A stretch of 64,000 nt of DNA from an uncultured Thermoleophilia bacterium (lineage in GTDB: Bacteria; Actinomycetota; Thermoleophilia; RBG-16-64-13): contig CAVVNF010000014.1 in assembly GCA_963749535.1 (NCBI GenBank), positions 112,878 through 176,877 of the forward strand. Reading direction: 5' to 3'. Every line of letters starts with the position of its first letter. The stretch's first letter is position 1. Positions 19,159 to 28,827 of this stretch are shown here, in pieces. Position numbers and translations under genes: made by a program. The notes beneath the pieces are model-generated. The model did not search any database, was not told the DNA's origin, and saw only the letters and a list, made by a program, of their open reading frames with translations.

Positions 19159-21783
19159 CTAGTCCAGCCCTCCTTCGATCCAGGCGTTGAAGCGCAGCCC
19201 GGCCGCTTGGTCGTATTCTCTCTCAAAGGCCTCGGGATAGTCCCTGCGCCATTGGTCCCATTCCTCGCCTCTCACTCTCTGCACGTCCACAAGATAACCG
19301 CTGGTAGCCTGGCCGCACGAGTTCTTGGACGTGATGCCGTTGGGAGCGATGGTGTTGATGGCCCCGCCGCGGTCCACTTTACCTGCAATGATCGGGTCGT
19401 GCCGAGCTCCGTGATCCACGTAGACCACTCCAGGCATGATCCTCTCCCAGACTCGCGCGCCTACCAGGACGATGCCCCGCTCGTTGAAGGCCTTTACGAT
19501 GTCGCCGTCCTTGATCCCGCGCTCCGCGGCGTCGCTGGGATTGATCCAGATGGGCTCGTAGCGGTAGCCGTCGATCCCTAAGACCTTACATGTCGGAGCC
19601 TCCCTCGTCCACGTGATGTCGTCACCTTGGGAGTGCGTACGCCACCGGCCGTGGTTGGACATCAGAAGCAGCGGGAACATGTCGGCCCGCTCGCTGGACA
19701 GCCGCTCGTCGTGAGTCTCACTGCGCTCCACCCATTTCGGGTGCGGCGGCCGCTCCTTGTCGTCGGGGAAGTGCTTCGCCAAAGTCTCGGAGTGGAACTC
19801 CAGCTTTCCGGTGGGCGTGGGGAGCGGATTGGCCACCGGATCGTCGTGGAACTTGCGGAAACCGGGCGGGTCGCTCTCCCAGTCCTTGGCCACCGGGAAG
19901 ACGAAGTACTTCTTGTCTTCGAACTCCTCCCACGTCAAGAAATCGGGCATCGACATGTTGTCGAAGACCTCTCGCTCCAGGTCCTTGGTGGTCTTGTTCT
20001 CGCTGAACCTGTCGCCCAAGCCCAACTTCTTGGCCACTTCCAGCACGATCTCGTAGTCGCTCATCGACTCGCCGATGGGCGGGATGGCCTGTTCCTGGAT
20101 GGCGATGCTCTGGAAGTGCGGGCCTTGCCGCGTGTTGGTGACGATGTCTTCCACTTCCAGCGTGGTGTTGGCCGGAAGGATCAGGTCGGCGTAGAGGCAG
20201 TCGTTCTCCAGCCAGGGATGCTGCGCGATGACGCACTCGATCTTCGGGTGCCGGAAGGCCTCGATAGTCCAGTTGCCGTGGTTCCAACAGGTGATGCGGC
20301 ACGGCGTGTCGGTCCAGATCATATGGATCTCGGTGCCGCCGTCTTCCTTGGCGATGGGGTAGTTGTACTTGATGAACTGGTCCTCGACGCCCGACTCCTG
20401 GCCGCCGCTGCCCATGAACGTGAGCGGCGGCTTGAGGATGGCGTCCTGGATGAGGGTCTTGGGGATGAGCTGCTTGCCCCAGGCGTCGATCGTCGTCCGG
20501 GCCGGCATGCGCAGACGCTCGCTGAGCGCCGGGTTGAAGAAGCGGACGCTCTTGAGGCCTTCGGCCCGGGGCATCCCGAAGTAGGTCATCTGGCACTGGT
20601 GGACGCCCGGGCCGCCCAGACCCTGCATGCCCAGAAGGATGCACTCCAGCCTGCCCGGCTCGTGCGAGAACGCCCCGCGGATGAAGGAGCCGCCGAAGTA
20701 GTGGAGGATGGAGGTGGTCTTCTTGGCGAATTCCCGGGCCAGAGCCTTGATGGTCCACTCGGGCACGCCGCATTTCTCCGACGCCCACTCGGGAGTCTTC
20801 GGCTATGCCGTCCTCCTTGCCGAGGACGTAGTCGGCGACTTGGTCCATACCCACGGCATGGGTCTCGACGTAATCCTTGTCCCAGGTGCCCTCGGTGAGC
20901 CACACGTAGATGATAGCGAGCTGAAGGGCCGCGTCCGTGTTCGGAAGGACCGGGATCCACTTGTCCGCGTGGATGGCGGCACCGTAGTTGAGATCGGGGC
21001 AGATGTATATCTGCTTGATGCCGGCCCGGCTCCAGAACTGGCAGATGCGGCTCGCGTACTGCCCGGTGAAGCCCCACGGAGTGGTCTCCGGGTCGCAGCC
21101 CCAGTAGAGGAGCATCTCGCTGTTCTCGGTGATGTCCTTGATGAGGTTCGCCGCCGGCGACATCATGCCCTGGAAGCCCTGGCCCCACACGTGCTTGGAT
21201 CCCCAGTACCAGCCTTCCCAGCTGTCGGGGTTTCTCACCTGCTGGGTAAAGCCGCCCATCATGTCGAGGAGTCTGGCCGAATGGCCGTGGGGAGTGTGGA
21301 TGGTCTTGCACTCGCCGTGGCCGTCGCCCTGCACGAGGATGCCAAGGGGACCATATTCCTCATGGACCCTCCTGATCTCGGCGGCAATGAGTCGGTGGCC
21401 TCATCCCAGGAGATCCTCTTGTACTTGCTCTTGCCCCGGTTCTGCGTGTTCCTGTCGCCCTCCGGATCCCAATCGACCCTCTTCATGGGGTACTTGATGC
21501 GGTTCGGGGAGAACGTCCTCTTCTTGTACGCGAGCGAGAACGGGCTGGGGAGGGCCTTCATAAGCGGTTCCAGCGTCTCGCCGTTCCTCTCCATCTTCCA
21601 GGGGTTGAATTCGTTGCCGTCATACTTCCAGTCGTAGTGGAACGGTCTGATCCTGACGGCCTTGCCATCCTTCACGTCGACGACGCACTCGCCGCCGCCG
21701 CCGAGCAGGCCGCCGAGGGCCAGGGACTTGATCACTGTCTTGTCCGGCCGGACATCGGCTTTCTTACGGTTTTCGTCGGTCAT
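19159..21783 (-). CDS. pyrogallol hydroxytransferase-like molybdopterin large subunit (locus 1); 2 apparent frameshifts (about 21391 and 20800)
   Basis: No N-terminal Cys cluster motif and no Tat signal. Motifs: VVDVKDGKAVRIRP, YPMKRVDWDPEGDRN, ISWDEATD, NPDSWEGWYWG, KTPEWASEKCGVPEWTIKALAREFAKK, IPPIGESMSDYEI, DRGGAINTI. Fragments are ORFs 21259-21783, 19718-21334 and 19159-20766. Confidence 0.85.
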
Positions 21784-21880
21784 CTCAATCGCTGTCCTTT
21801 CGGGTGTCTTCTTGACCAGTGCCGCGTCGCGGCCGGGAGCACCGGATCGCCTTTCACGTCATCGTGCACGAGTATCTGAA

Positions 21881-21896
21881 CTACAGAAACCTGTAG
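21881..21896. promoter_or_regulatory. 16-bp palindrome CTACAG-aaac-CTGTAG upstream of TH-like locus 1 / EamA divergent pair
   Basis: Perfect 6-bp arms, about 100 nt upstream of the large-subunit ATG (21783, minus strand). Confidence 0.25.
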
Positions 21897-22082
21897 ATGG
21901 TCGAGGGTCTTTAAGCGTGCCATTGCCGTGTGTCCGTTAGTGTCGTGGTGACCGGCGATAATCAAGGGCTGCGTACCCTGGAGAATCCACTGGAGTCTGC
22001 CGGCCGGAGAGGAGTCCGCGTTGGAACGATGCGCTACTCTTGCGGGCATGCAGTTGCGAACGGGACACGACCGATTGTGCGG

Positions 22083-23039
22083 ATGCCGGTGAACGGAGGG
22101 TCGCAGCGTCTCCGCGCCCTCGGCGCGAAGCCCGGATCCAAGCGACTTGCCGTGGGAGCCTTGGTCCTTCTGGCCCTCATTTGGGGCTACGCCTGGGTCG
22201 CCATGAAAGTCGCCCTCGGTTACGCCGAACCCTTCACGTTCGCGGCCATGCGCGCGGTGCTCTCGGCGGTATTTCTCATGCTGGTTTTGGTGGTCTCGCG
22301 CCGGCCGCTGAAGCCGAGCGCACTTGGGCTGACCGCTCTTCTCGGTCTGCTTCAGACCACCGGCTTCGCGGGTCTTGTGATGTGGGCACTGCATTCCGGA
22401 GGTGCGGGGCGCACGTCCGTACTCACCTACACCATGCCCTTCTGGCTTCTGCTGATGGCGTGGGCCGCTCTCGGCGAAAGGCTGCGCGGCCTCCAATGGG
22501 TAGCGGTCGCGCTGGCCCTCGGGGGCCTGGTCTTCATCCTGAGCCCGTGGCGGCTCCATGGCTTTGCGAGCAGCATGCTGGCGGTGGGTGGAGGATTCTG
22601 CTGGGCGCTGAGTGCCGTAGTGGCCAAGTTGATCCACAAGCGTCACACGGTGGATCTGCTGTCGCTGACTGCCTGGCAGATGATCCTGGGGGCCGTGCCC
22701 CTGGTCGTCATCGCCGTGCTCACCGCCACCAAGGCACCGGTGTGGACCGGGTCGTTCATCTGGGCGCTCGGCTACAACGTCGTGCTCGCGAACGGCCTCG
22801 CCTGGGTGCTGTGGCTCTTTGTTCTCAAAGCCTTGCCCGCCGGGACAAGCGGAGTCTCGAGCCTGGCCAACCCCGTGCTGGGTGTGATCTTCGCCTGGAT
22901 CCAGCTCGGGGAGCGACCCGGGCGCATCGACGCCGTCGGCATGAGCCTCGTCGTCGTGGGGCTTGCGGTGCTCACCGCCTGGGAGCTCATTCGCAGAACC
23001 CCGCAAGCGGCACCCGAGCTCCCGCCGCGAAGGGGATAG
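22083..23039 (+). CDS. EamA/DMT family transporter
   Basis: About 10 hydrophobic helices in two EamA-like halves (LIWGYAWVAMK.., FCWALSAVVAK..). The start was chosen at ATG 22083; 22029 and 21930 are also possible. Confidence 0.75.
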   Translation: MPVNGGSQRLRALGAKPGSKRLAVGALVLLALIWGYAWVAMKVALGYAEPFTFAAMRAVLSAVFLMLVLVVSRRPLKPSALGLTALLGLLQTTGFAGLVMWALHSGGAGRTSVLTYTMPFWLLLMAWAALGERLRGLQWVAVALALGGLVFILSPWRLHGFASSMLAVGGGFCWALSAVVAKLIHKRHTVDLLSLTAWQMILGAVPLVVIAVLTATKAPVWTGSFIWALGYNVVLANGLAWVLWLFVLKALPAGTSGVSSLANPVLGVIFAWIQLGERPGRIDAVGMSLVVVGLAVLTAWELIRRTPQAAPELPPRRG

Positions 23040-23083
23040 CGCCGCCGTTAGCCCGGACTTTGTGATCGGTGTCACCGAGCGGT

Positions 23084-23842
23084 CTATCGTTGCACCCCCG
23101 GTTTCCAGCCCAGGTAGGCAGAGAGTGACGCCGTCGTGGCCTTGACTGCCTTGGCGCAGCTCTCCCGTTCGGCCGGGCCGAAGCGTCCCGAGGGTCCTAC
23201 CACGGATATGGCCGCGACCACCGAGCCCATTTGATCGCGGACCGGGCATCCCACGGCGCACGTGCCCAGATAGAGACCCTCGATGTCGTAGGCCACTCCT
23301 TCGCGCGAGATGCGATCCAGCTCTTCGCCGATCGCAGCCGGGTCGGTGAGAGTGTAGGGGGTCAACGGTTCGTGGGGTCCGGCTAAGATCTTGTCCTTCT
23401 CCGCCGGCGGCTTGAAGGCCGCGAAAAGCTTGCCGTGCACGGATGCGGTACCCCCGATGATGCGTCCCGGCGCCGTCTGGCGCTTGAACGGCCGGGTGGT
23501 GTTGATCATGTCGACACAGACGGGCACGCCGTCCACCTCGACGGCCAGGGTGACCGATTCGCCCGTCTTCTCGACGAGAGATTCGAGGAAGGGACGGACT
23601 ACCTTCACGAAGTCGGAATGGTCGTCGGAGACGTAGCTCATGGCGAGAGTAGCCGGTCCAAGGTGATATCGGTTGGTAGCCGAGTCGCGGATGAGGAATC
23701 CATCCGCCTCCAGGGTGCGCACCATGCGGTACGCCGTCATGCGCAAGAGTCCGGTGCCCTGCGCTATCTCGTCGATGGTCCACTCTCGATGGTCCACGTC
23801 GAACAAGCGAAGGATGGCGAGCCCCCGAGCGAGCGCACGCAC
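23084..23842 (-). CDS. IclR family transcriptional regulator (paralog 2)
   Basis: Aligns throughout with the 8137-9075 protein (LARGLAILRLFDVDHREWTIDEIAQGTGLLRMTAYRMVRTL; GESVTLAVEVDG; GVAYDIEGLYLGTCAVGCPV). GTG start. Confidence 0.85.
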   Translation of the reverse strand: MRALARGLAILRLFDVDHREWTIDEIAQGTGLLRMTAYRMVRTLEADGFLIRDSATNRYHLGPATLAMSYVSDDHSDFVKVVRPFLESLVEKTGESVTLAVEVDGVPVCVDMINTTRPFKRQTAPGRIIGGTASVHGKLFAAFKPPAEKDKILAGPHEPLTPYTLTDPAAIGEELDRISREGVAYDIEGLYLGTCAVGCPVRDQMGSVVAAISVVGPSGRFGPAERESCAKAVKATTASLSAYLGWKPGVQR

Positions 23843-24002
23843 AAGGAACGGATCGGCCTCAGACGCAGGTCTCGAGAACGTCGTTCCCTGGGTCTTTGCC
23901 CCCGCCTCTCAGTGGTTGCTTTGTCGCCGCCATCCGTTCTCCCGTCAGTGCACGACGTCGCGCGATCAGCGTGTTTCGGCCGGTTCGTTCACTCGCTAGC
24001 CC

Positions 24003-24042
24003 ATGATACCGGGATTGCTATCTGATGATATCATGATATCGT
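24003..24042. promoter_or_regulatory. AT-rich operator/promoter candidate: three ATGATA(C/T)C repeats including the perfect 14-bp palindrome GATATCATGATATC
   Basis: Repeats at 24003-24010, 24025-24032 and 24033-24040. Palindrome at 24027-24040. TGaTATCGT (24034-24042) looks like an extended -10, 63 nt upstream of ATG 24105. Confidence 0.4.
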
Positions 24043-24104
24043 TCTGAAATAGACAAGACGCGATGGCTAGACTCGTCCGCGACCGACAGAGGAGCCGATG
24101 ACAT

Positions 24105-26663
24105 ATGTCTGAGCAGGTGTTCACGAACTGCACCGTCGGGGGCCCCGTTCGGGTGCATGTTGAGGAGGGCAAGATCACGCGGGTGAGGCCGTTGATCTTG
24201 GGCGAGGGCGACGCCAAGCCGTGGACCATCGAAGCCAGGGGAGAGAAGTTTTCCCCTCCGCATAGGACGACGGTCGCCCCGCCCATCCTTGCCGAGCGGC
24301 AGCGCGTCTACTCGAGCGACAGGGTCCGGTACCCGATGGTGCGCGAAGACTTCGACCCGAAGGGGGAGCGCAACCCGCAGAACCGGGGCAAGTCGGGCTA
24401 TCGACGCGTCAGCTGGGATGAGGCGCTGGATCTTGTTGCAAGCGAGATCACCCGAGTGCAAAGCACGTACGGGCAGGAGGCCCTCACGGCCATCACCTCA
24501 TCGCACCACAACTGGGGCCTGGTGCACTACAAGGCCAGCCCTTTCCGGCGATTCTTCTCGATGCTGGGCTATACCGGCGTCTTCGATAATCCCGACAGCT
24601 GGGAAGGGTTCCACTGGGGTGGGCCCCATATGTACGGTTATTTCTGGCGGCTTGGCTGCCCCGAGGCCTACGACCTGCTCGAAGACTGCCTTCAGAACAC
24701 CGACATGATCGTGCACTGGTCCAACGATCCCGACACCATCCGCGGCGGCTACTGCGCGCAGGAGTCCGCCATCTGGCGGGTCTGGATGCGCAAGCTCGGC
24801 ATCAAGATGGTTTATATAGACCCCTTCTGCAACTCGACCGCCGTCAAGGACGCCGACAAATGGCTGGCCCCCCGGCCGGGCACCGATACCGCAATGGCTG
24901 AGGCTATCGCCTATGTGTGGCTCACCGAAGGTACGTACGACAAGGATTTCATCGAGCGGAAAAGCCTCGGTTTCGACACCTGGGTGGATCACATCCTGGG
25001 CAAGAGCGACGGCAAGCCCAAGACGCCCGAATGGGCCGCGGAGCTGACGGGCCTCAGAGCGGCCATGATCAAGGCCTTGGCCAGAGAATGGGCCAAGAAG
25101 AAAGTGATGCTGGCCTGCGGGGCCCGGGGCGGCTTCGGAGGGGCTCACCGGACGGCCTACGGTCACGAATGGGCGCGACTCATGATCGCCCTGTCCGCCA
25201 TGCAGGGCTGGGGCAAACCCGGCAGTAATCTCTGGGGAGCTGCACTGGGCGCACCCACCGACTGCAGTCTCAAGTTCCCCGGCTACGCCGATGCGACTGC
25301 GAACATCGCCAGTGGGCTGATCGCCGACAATGAGATCGTCAATCCGGTCAAGCAACGGCTCTACCGCAACTGGATGCCGGACGCCATCCTCAACCCGCCG
25401 TTCTCATGGCTGGGGGAAGGCTTTTGCGGCAAGTCCATCGAGCAGCAGTTCGTCCCCTACACCTACCCGGCCGAGGGCTGCTCCGAAGTGAAGATGTTCT
25501 ACCGCTACGGCGGCTCCTTCTTCGGCACCATGTCCGAGACCAACGACTGGGTGCGGATGTACCAGAGCCCGAAGCTGGAATGCATCGTCAATCAGTCCAT
25601 CTGGATGGAAGGCGAGTCGCTCTTCGCCGACGTTATCCTGCCGGCGTGCACCAACTTCGAGCGGAACGATATCGGCGAGTTCGCGAGCACCGGCGGCTAC
25701 TCCAATCACGGCTACTCCGGCAACAACTACCGGGTGATCGTCTATCAGCACAAGTGCGTGGAGCCGGTGGGCGAGTCGAAGTCCGACTACGATATCTTCA
25801 CGGCTCTTTCTGAGCGGATGGGACTCGGCGAGACCTACACCGAGGGCAAGGTCGAAGAGGACTGGATCAAGCGGGTCTATGAGGCCTCAGACATGCCGTC
25901 GGTGATGACCTACGAGGAGTTCAAGGAACGCGGCTACTACACGGTTCCCGTGCCCGACGACTACAAGCCGACTCCGGCGCTGCGCTGGTTCTACGAAGAC
26001 CGGGCGTGCGACACCCCCGATCACAATCCGTACAAAGACGACCCGGAGCGGAACCACGGCCTGGGCACGTTGAGCGGCAAGATCGAGTTCGTGTCCGAAA
26101 GCCTCAAGAAGTTCACGCCCGAGGACAACGAGCGGGCGCCGATGCCGCGGTACCAGGACAGTTGGGAAGGCCACCTTTCGCCCGGTTTCGCGCGGTTTCC
26201 GTTGCAGCTCATTTCGCCGCATCCCCGCTATGCCTATCACACGCACTACGACCAGCACTGCTCCTGGCTGTGGGAGATCCCCGAGCATCGGGTGATAAAG
26301 GAAGACGGGCACCCGTACTGGGTGGTGCGGATCCATCCTCAGGTCGCGGCCGAGCGGGGTATCGCAGAGGGCGATCTGGTCAAGCTGTTCAACGATCGGG
26401 GCGAGGTCGTCTGCGTGGCGCGGCTCACCGAGCGTGTGCCCCACAACGTCATACACTCGTACTGCTCCTCGGGGATGTACGCGCCGTACGACCCCGGCAG
26501 TCCGACGAGCCCGGACCGGGGCGGATGCGTGAACATCCTCACTCCCAAGCGGCCCATGTCCAAGCAAGTGGCCGGTTTTGCCCCGAACTCCTGTCTTATC
26601 GACATAGTGAAGTGCCCGTTTCAGGTTGGCGCCTCGCAGACAGGGCGTGATCGGCATGCGTGA
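24105..26663 (+). CDS. pyrogallol hydroxytransferase (transhydroxylase) large subunit-like molybdoenzyme (locus 2), intact
   Basis: 852 aa with no FS0 Cys motif and no Tat signal. Motifs: GGPVRVHVEEGKITRVRP, KPWTIEARGEKFSPP, YPMVREDFDPKGERNPQNRG, NPDSWEGFHWGGPHMYG, KPKTPEWAAELTG, ILPACTNFERNDIGEFA, CVEPVGESKSDYDI, DRGGCVNILTP. Confidence 0.9.
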   Translation: MSEQVFTNCTVGGPVRVHVEEGKITRVRPLILGEGDAKPWTIEARGEKFSPPHRTTVAPPILAERQRVYSSDRVRYPMVREDFDPKGERNPQNRGKSGYRRVSWDEALDLVASEITRVQSTYGQEALTAITSSHHNWGLVHYKASPFRRFFSMLGYTGVFDNPDSWEGFHWGGPHMYGYFWRLGCPEAYDLLEDCLQNTDMIVHWSNDPDTIRGGYCAQESAIWRVWMRKLGIKMVYIDPFCNSTAVKDADKWLAPRPGTDTAMAEAIAYVWLTEGTYDKDFIERKSLGFDTWVDHILGKSDGKPKTPEWAAELTGLRAAMIKALAREWAKKKVMLACGARGGFGGAHRTAYGHEWARLMIALSAMQGWGKPGSNLWGAALGAPTDCSLKFPGYADATANIASGLIADNEIVNPVKQRLYRNWMPDAILNPPFSWLGEGFCGKSIEQQFVPYTYPAEGCSEVKMFYRYGGSFFGTMSETNDWVRMYQSPKLECIVNQSIWMEGESLFADVILPACTNFERNDIGEFASTGGYSNHGYSGNNYRVIVYQHKCVEPVGESKSDYDIFTALSERMGLGETYTEGKVEEDWIKRVYEASDMPSVMTYEEFKERGYYTVPVPDDYKPTPALRWFYEDRACDTPDHNPYKDDPERNHGLGTLSGKIEFVSESLKKFTPEDNERAPMPRYQDSWEGHLSPGFARFPLQLISPHPRYAYHTHYDQHCSWLWEIPEHRVIKEDGHPYWVVRIHPQVAAERGIAEGDLVKLFNDRGEVVCVARLTERVPHNVIHSYCSSGMYAPYDPGSPTSPDRGGCVNILTPKRPMSKQVAGFAPNSCLIDIVKCPFQVGASQTGRDRHA

Positions 26664-26877
26664 GACGAGGACACAGGGAGCGCTCGTAGCACTCGCGCTG
26701 TTCCTTCCCCCTGAAGGGAGCCGTCGTGTTCCGCGAAACCTCACACTTGCGGTTGAGCGGAACGGCGCGGCGACCAGTGCGCTACGCGTGCGACTGAGGG
26801 CGAAGAATCACGCCGCCCAGTGCGGTCTGTCGGCCGAGGTTCATTCTGAAACGGGCTCCAAGTGGGAGGGACGATAG

Positions 26878-27780
26878 ATGGCTCGCTACGGGTTGATCAT
26901 AGACGTTGAGAAATGCAACGGCTGCTACAACTGCTTCCTGGCGTGCAAAGACGAGCATTGCGGCATCGACCATATGCCCCTAGCAGCGGGGCAGCCGGAG
27001 TTGGGCCAGTACTGGATCGACGTGGACGAGCGGGAGAGGGGCAGCTACCCCAAGGTCAAAGTCGCCAGCATCCCGATCACGTGCATGCAGTGCGACGACC
27101 CGCCCTGCATGAAGGCCGCGGAGGACGCGAGCGCGGCCGGCGACGCCAGCCAGGCCTCCCCCCGGGGCGCCGGTTCGGCGGACGGTGCGTTGTATAAGCG
27201 CGCGGACGGCATCGTGATCATCGACCCTGTCAAGGCCAAAGGCCACAAGGAAGTTGTGGATGCCTGCCCGCACGGCGTCATCTTCTGGAACGAGAAGGCG
27301 AGCCTGCCTCAGAAATGCACGATGTGCGCACATCTGCTCGACCAGGGGTGGAGCGAGCCCCGGTGCGTCGAGGCATGCCCGACCGGAGCCTTGATATTCG
27401 GCGACCTCGACGATCCGGGAAACGAGATCTCACGGATCGCCGCCACGGCGGCACTCGAGGAGCTAAGCCCGGAAAGTGCTGCCATCGGTACGGTGAAGTA
27501 TGTCGGCCTTCCGAAGCGCTTCGTCGCTGGGACGGTGTACCTGCGGGACATCGAGGAAGAGTGCGCCGAGGGCTGCGAGGTGGTGCTGCGCGGACCAGAC
27601 GGGGAACTGCGTGCTCTCACGAACTTCTTCGGAGACTTCGAATTCGAAGGTCTTGCCGCCGACACGCGCTATGAGGTCGACATTGCCAAGGATGGGTACG
27701 CCCGCCAGACGCTCTCGGCGACTACCGCCAAGGACGTCTACCTAGGGGACATCTACCTTAACCTAGAGGCCTCTCCTTAG
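26878..27780 (+). CDS. transhydroxylase small (FeS) subunit-like (locus 2), three-cluster type with C-terminal beta domain
   Basis: Motifs: CNGCYNCFLAC; CMQCDDPPC without the fourth Cys; degenerate third motif DPVKAKGHKEVVDACP; CTMCAHLL..RCVEACP. C-terminal domain: RFVAGTVYL..FFGDFEFEGL..LGDIYL. A low-complexity insert EDASAAGDASQASPRGAGSAD is present. Confidence 0.9.
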   Translation: MARYGLIIDVEKCNGCYNCFLACKDEHCGIDHMPLAAGQPELGQYWIDVDERERGSYPKVKVASIPITCMQCDDPPCMKAAEDASAAGDASQASPRGAGSADGALYKRADGIVIIDPVKAKGHKEVVDACPHGVIFWNEKASLPQKCTMCAHLLDQGWSEPRCVEACPTGALIFGDLDDPGNEISRIAATAALEELSPESAAIGTVKYVGLPKRFVAGTVYLRDIEEECAEGCEVVLRGPDGELRALTNFFGDFEFEGLAADTRYEVDIAKDGYARQTLSATTAKDVYLGDIYLNLEASP

Positions 27781-27922
27781 AACAGCCGGGCCTGCCAGGC
27801 AGCGCACGCCCCCGTCGAGTGGTGCGTGCTGTGAGGGCGTGTGTGCTTCAAGCTCGTTTCAAAATGAAGCTTTGGCTGCCGAATTCACGCTGGTCGGCAC
27901 GATGCGGCGTTCTCAGTCGCCC

Positions 27923-27939
27923 CCGTAGCGCTGCTACGG
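27923..27939 (-). terminator. Hairpin 19 nt downstream of the sucD stop
   Basis: CCGTAGC-gct-GCTACGG, a 7-bp stem with no U tract. Confidence 0.3.
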
Positions 27940-27957
27940 AGTCTCCCTGCGTACTGC

Positions 27958-28827
27958 TCAGCGCGCGAGGGCGGCGAGTGTCTTTGCCATTTCCTCTGTG
28001 CTATCGGCCACGCTCACCCCAGCGCCTGTGAGTGCTTTGACCTTTTCCGCGGCCGTTCCGCGCCCTGCTGAAACGATGGCGCCGGCGTGCCCCATGCGCT
28101 TGTCGGCCGGCGCGGTCTTCCCCGCGATGAACGCGACGACGGGTTTTGTGATCTCGGAGGCTATGAACTCCGCCGCCTGCTCCTCGTCGGTCCCGCCGAT
28201 CTCTCCGATGAGGGCGATGAACTCGGTGTCCGGGTCGCGCTCGAACATCGCGAGCACGTCGATGAACGAGGATCCGACGATCGGATCGCCGCCGATGCCG
28301 ACGCAGGTGGATTGGCCCACGCTGTTGGCGGCGAGTTCTCCTGCCACCTCGTACGTGAGGGTCCCGCTCCGCGAGACCATGCCCACCGGCCCTGGGATGT
28401 AGACGCTCTCGGGCATGATCCCCACTTTGCACTGCCGGGGCGTGATGAGACCGGGGCAGTTCGGCCCGATCAGGCGGCTGCCTAGCCGGTGCACGTAGGC
28501 GTACACCTTGACCATGTCGAGGACAGGTATGCCTTCGGTGATGCAGACGATGAGGCGGATCCCGGCGTCCGCAGCCTCGACTATCGCATCGGCTGCATAG
28601 GGGCCGGGGACGAAGATGATGGATGCCTCCGCCCCACTGGCCGCAACCGCGCGAGCGACGGAGTTGAACACGGGTACATCCGAGACCGACTCGCCCTCGT
28701 GGCCCGGGGCGGTACCCGCGACCACCTTGGTGCCGTATCTGACCATCCGGGCGGCGTGGAACTGCCCTTCATGACCGGTGATGTTCTGGACGAGGACCTT
28801 GGTGTCTGAGTCGACGAGAATGCTCAT
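27958..28827 (-). CDS. sucD: succinyl-CoA synthetase alpha subunit
   Basis: Motifs: [26 protein letters not shown], phospho-His loop MGHAGAIV. Intact 289 aa. Confidence 0.95.
   Translation of the reverse strand: MSILVDSDTKVLVQNITGHEGQFHAARMVRYGTKVVAGTAPGHEGESVSDVPVFNSVARAVAASGAEASIIFVPGPYAADAIVEAADAGIRLIVCITEGIPVLDMVKVYAYVHRLGSRLIGPNCPGLITPRQCKVGIMPESVYIPGPVGMVSRSGTLTYEVAGELAANSVGQSTCVGIGGDPIVGSSFIDVLAMFERDPDTEFIALIGEIGGTDEEQAAEFIASEITKPVVAFIAGKTAPADKRMGHAGAIVSAGRGTAAEKVKALTGAGVSVADSTEEMAKTLAALAR

Noticed and set aside
21780-23783. 667-aa ORF on the minus strand spanning the EamA transporter and IclR2 regions
   Set aside because: Its composition is Arg/Gly/His/Pro-rich with no motifs. It lies antisense to or overlapping two genes with clear family signatures. 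This is a typical shadow ORF of GC-rich DNA.
26626-26877. 83-aa ORF filling the gap between the two transhydroxylase subunit genes
   Set aside because: It overlaps the large-subunit 3' end, has no ribosome-binding site or recognisable motifs, and has an Arg/Ala-rich composition. The gap is reported as non-coding of unknown function instead.
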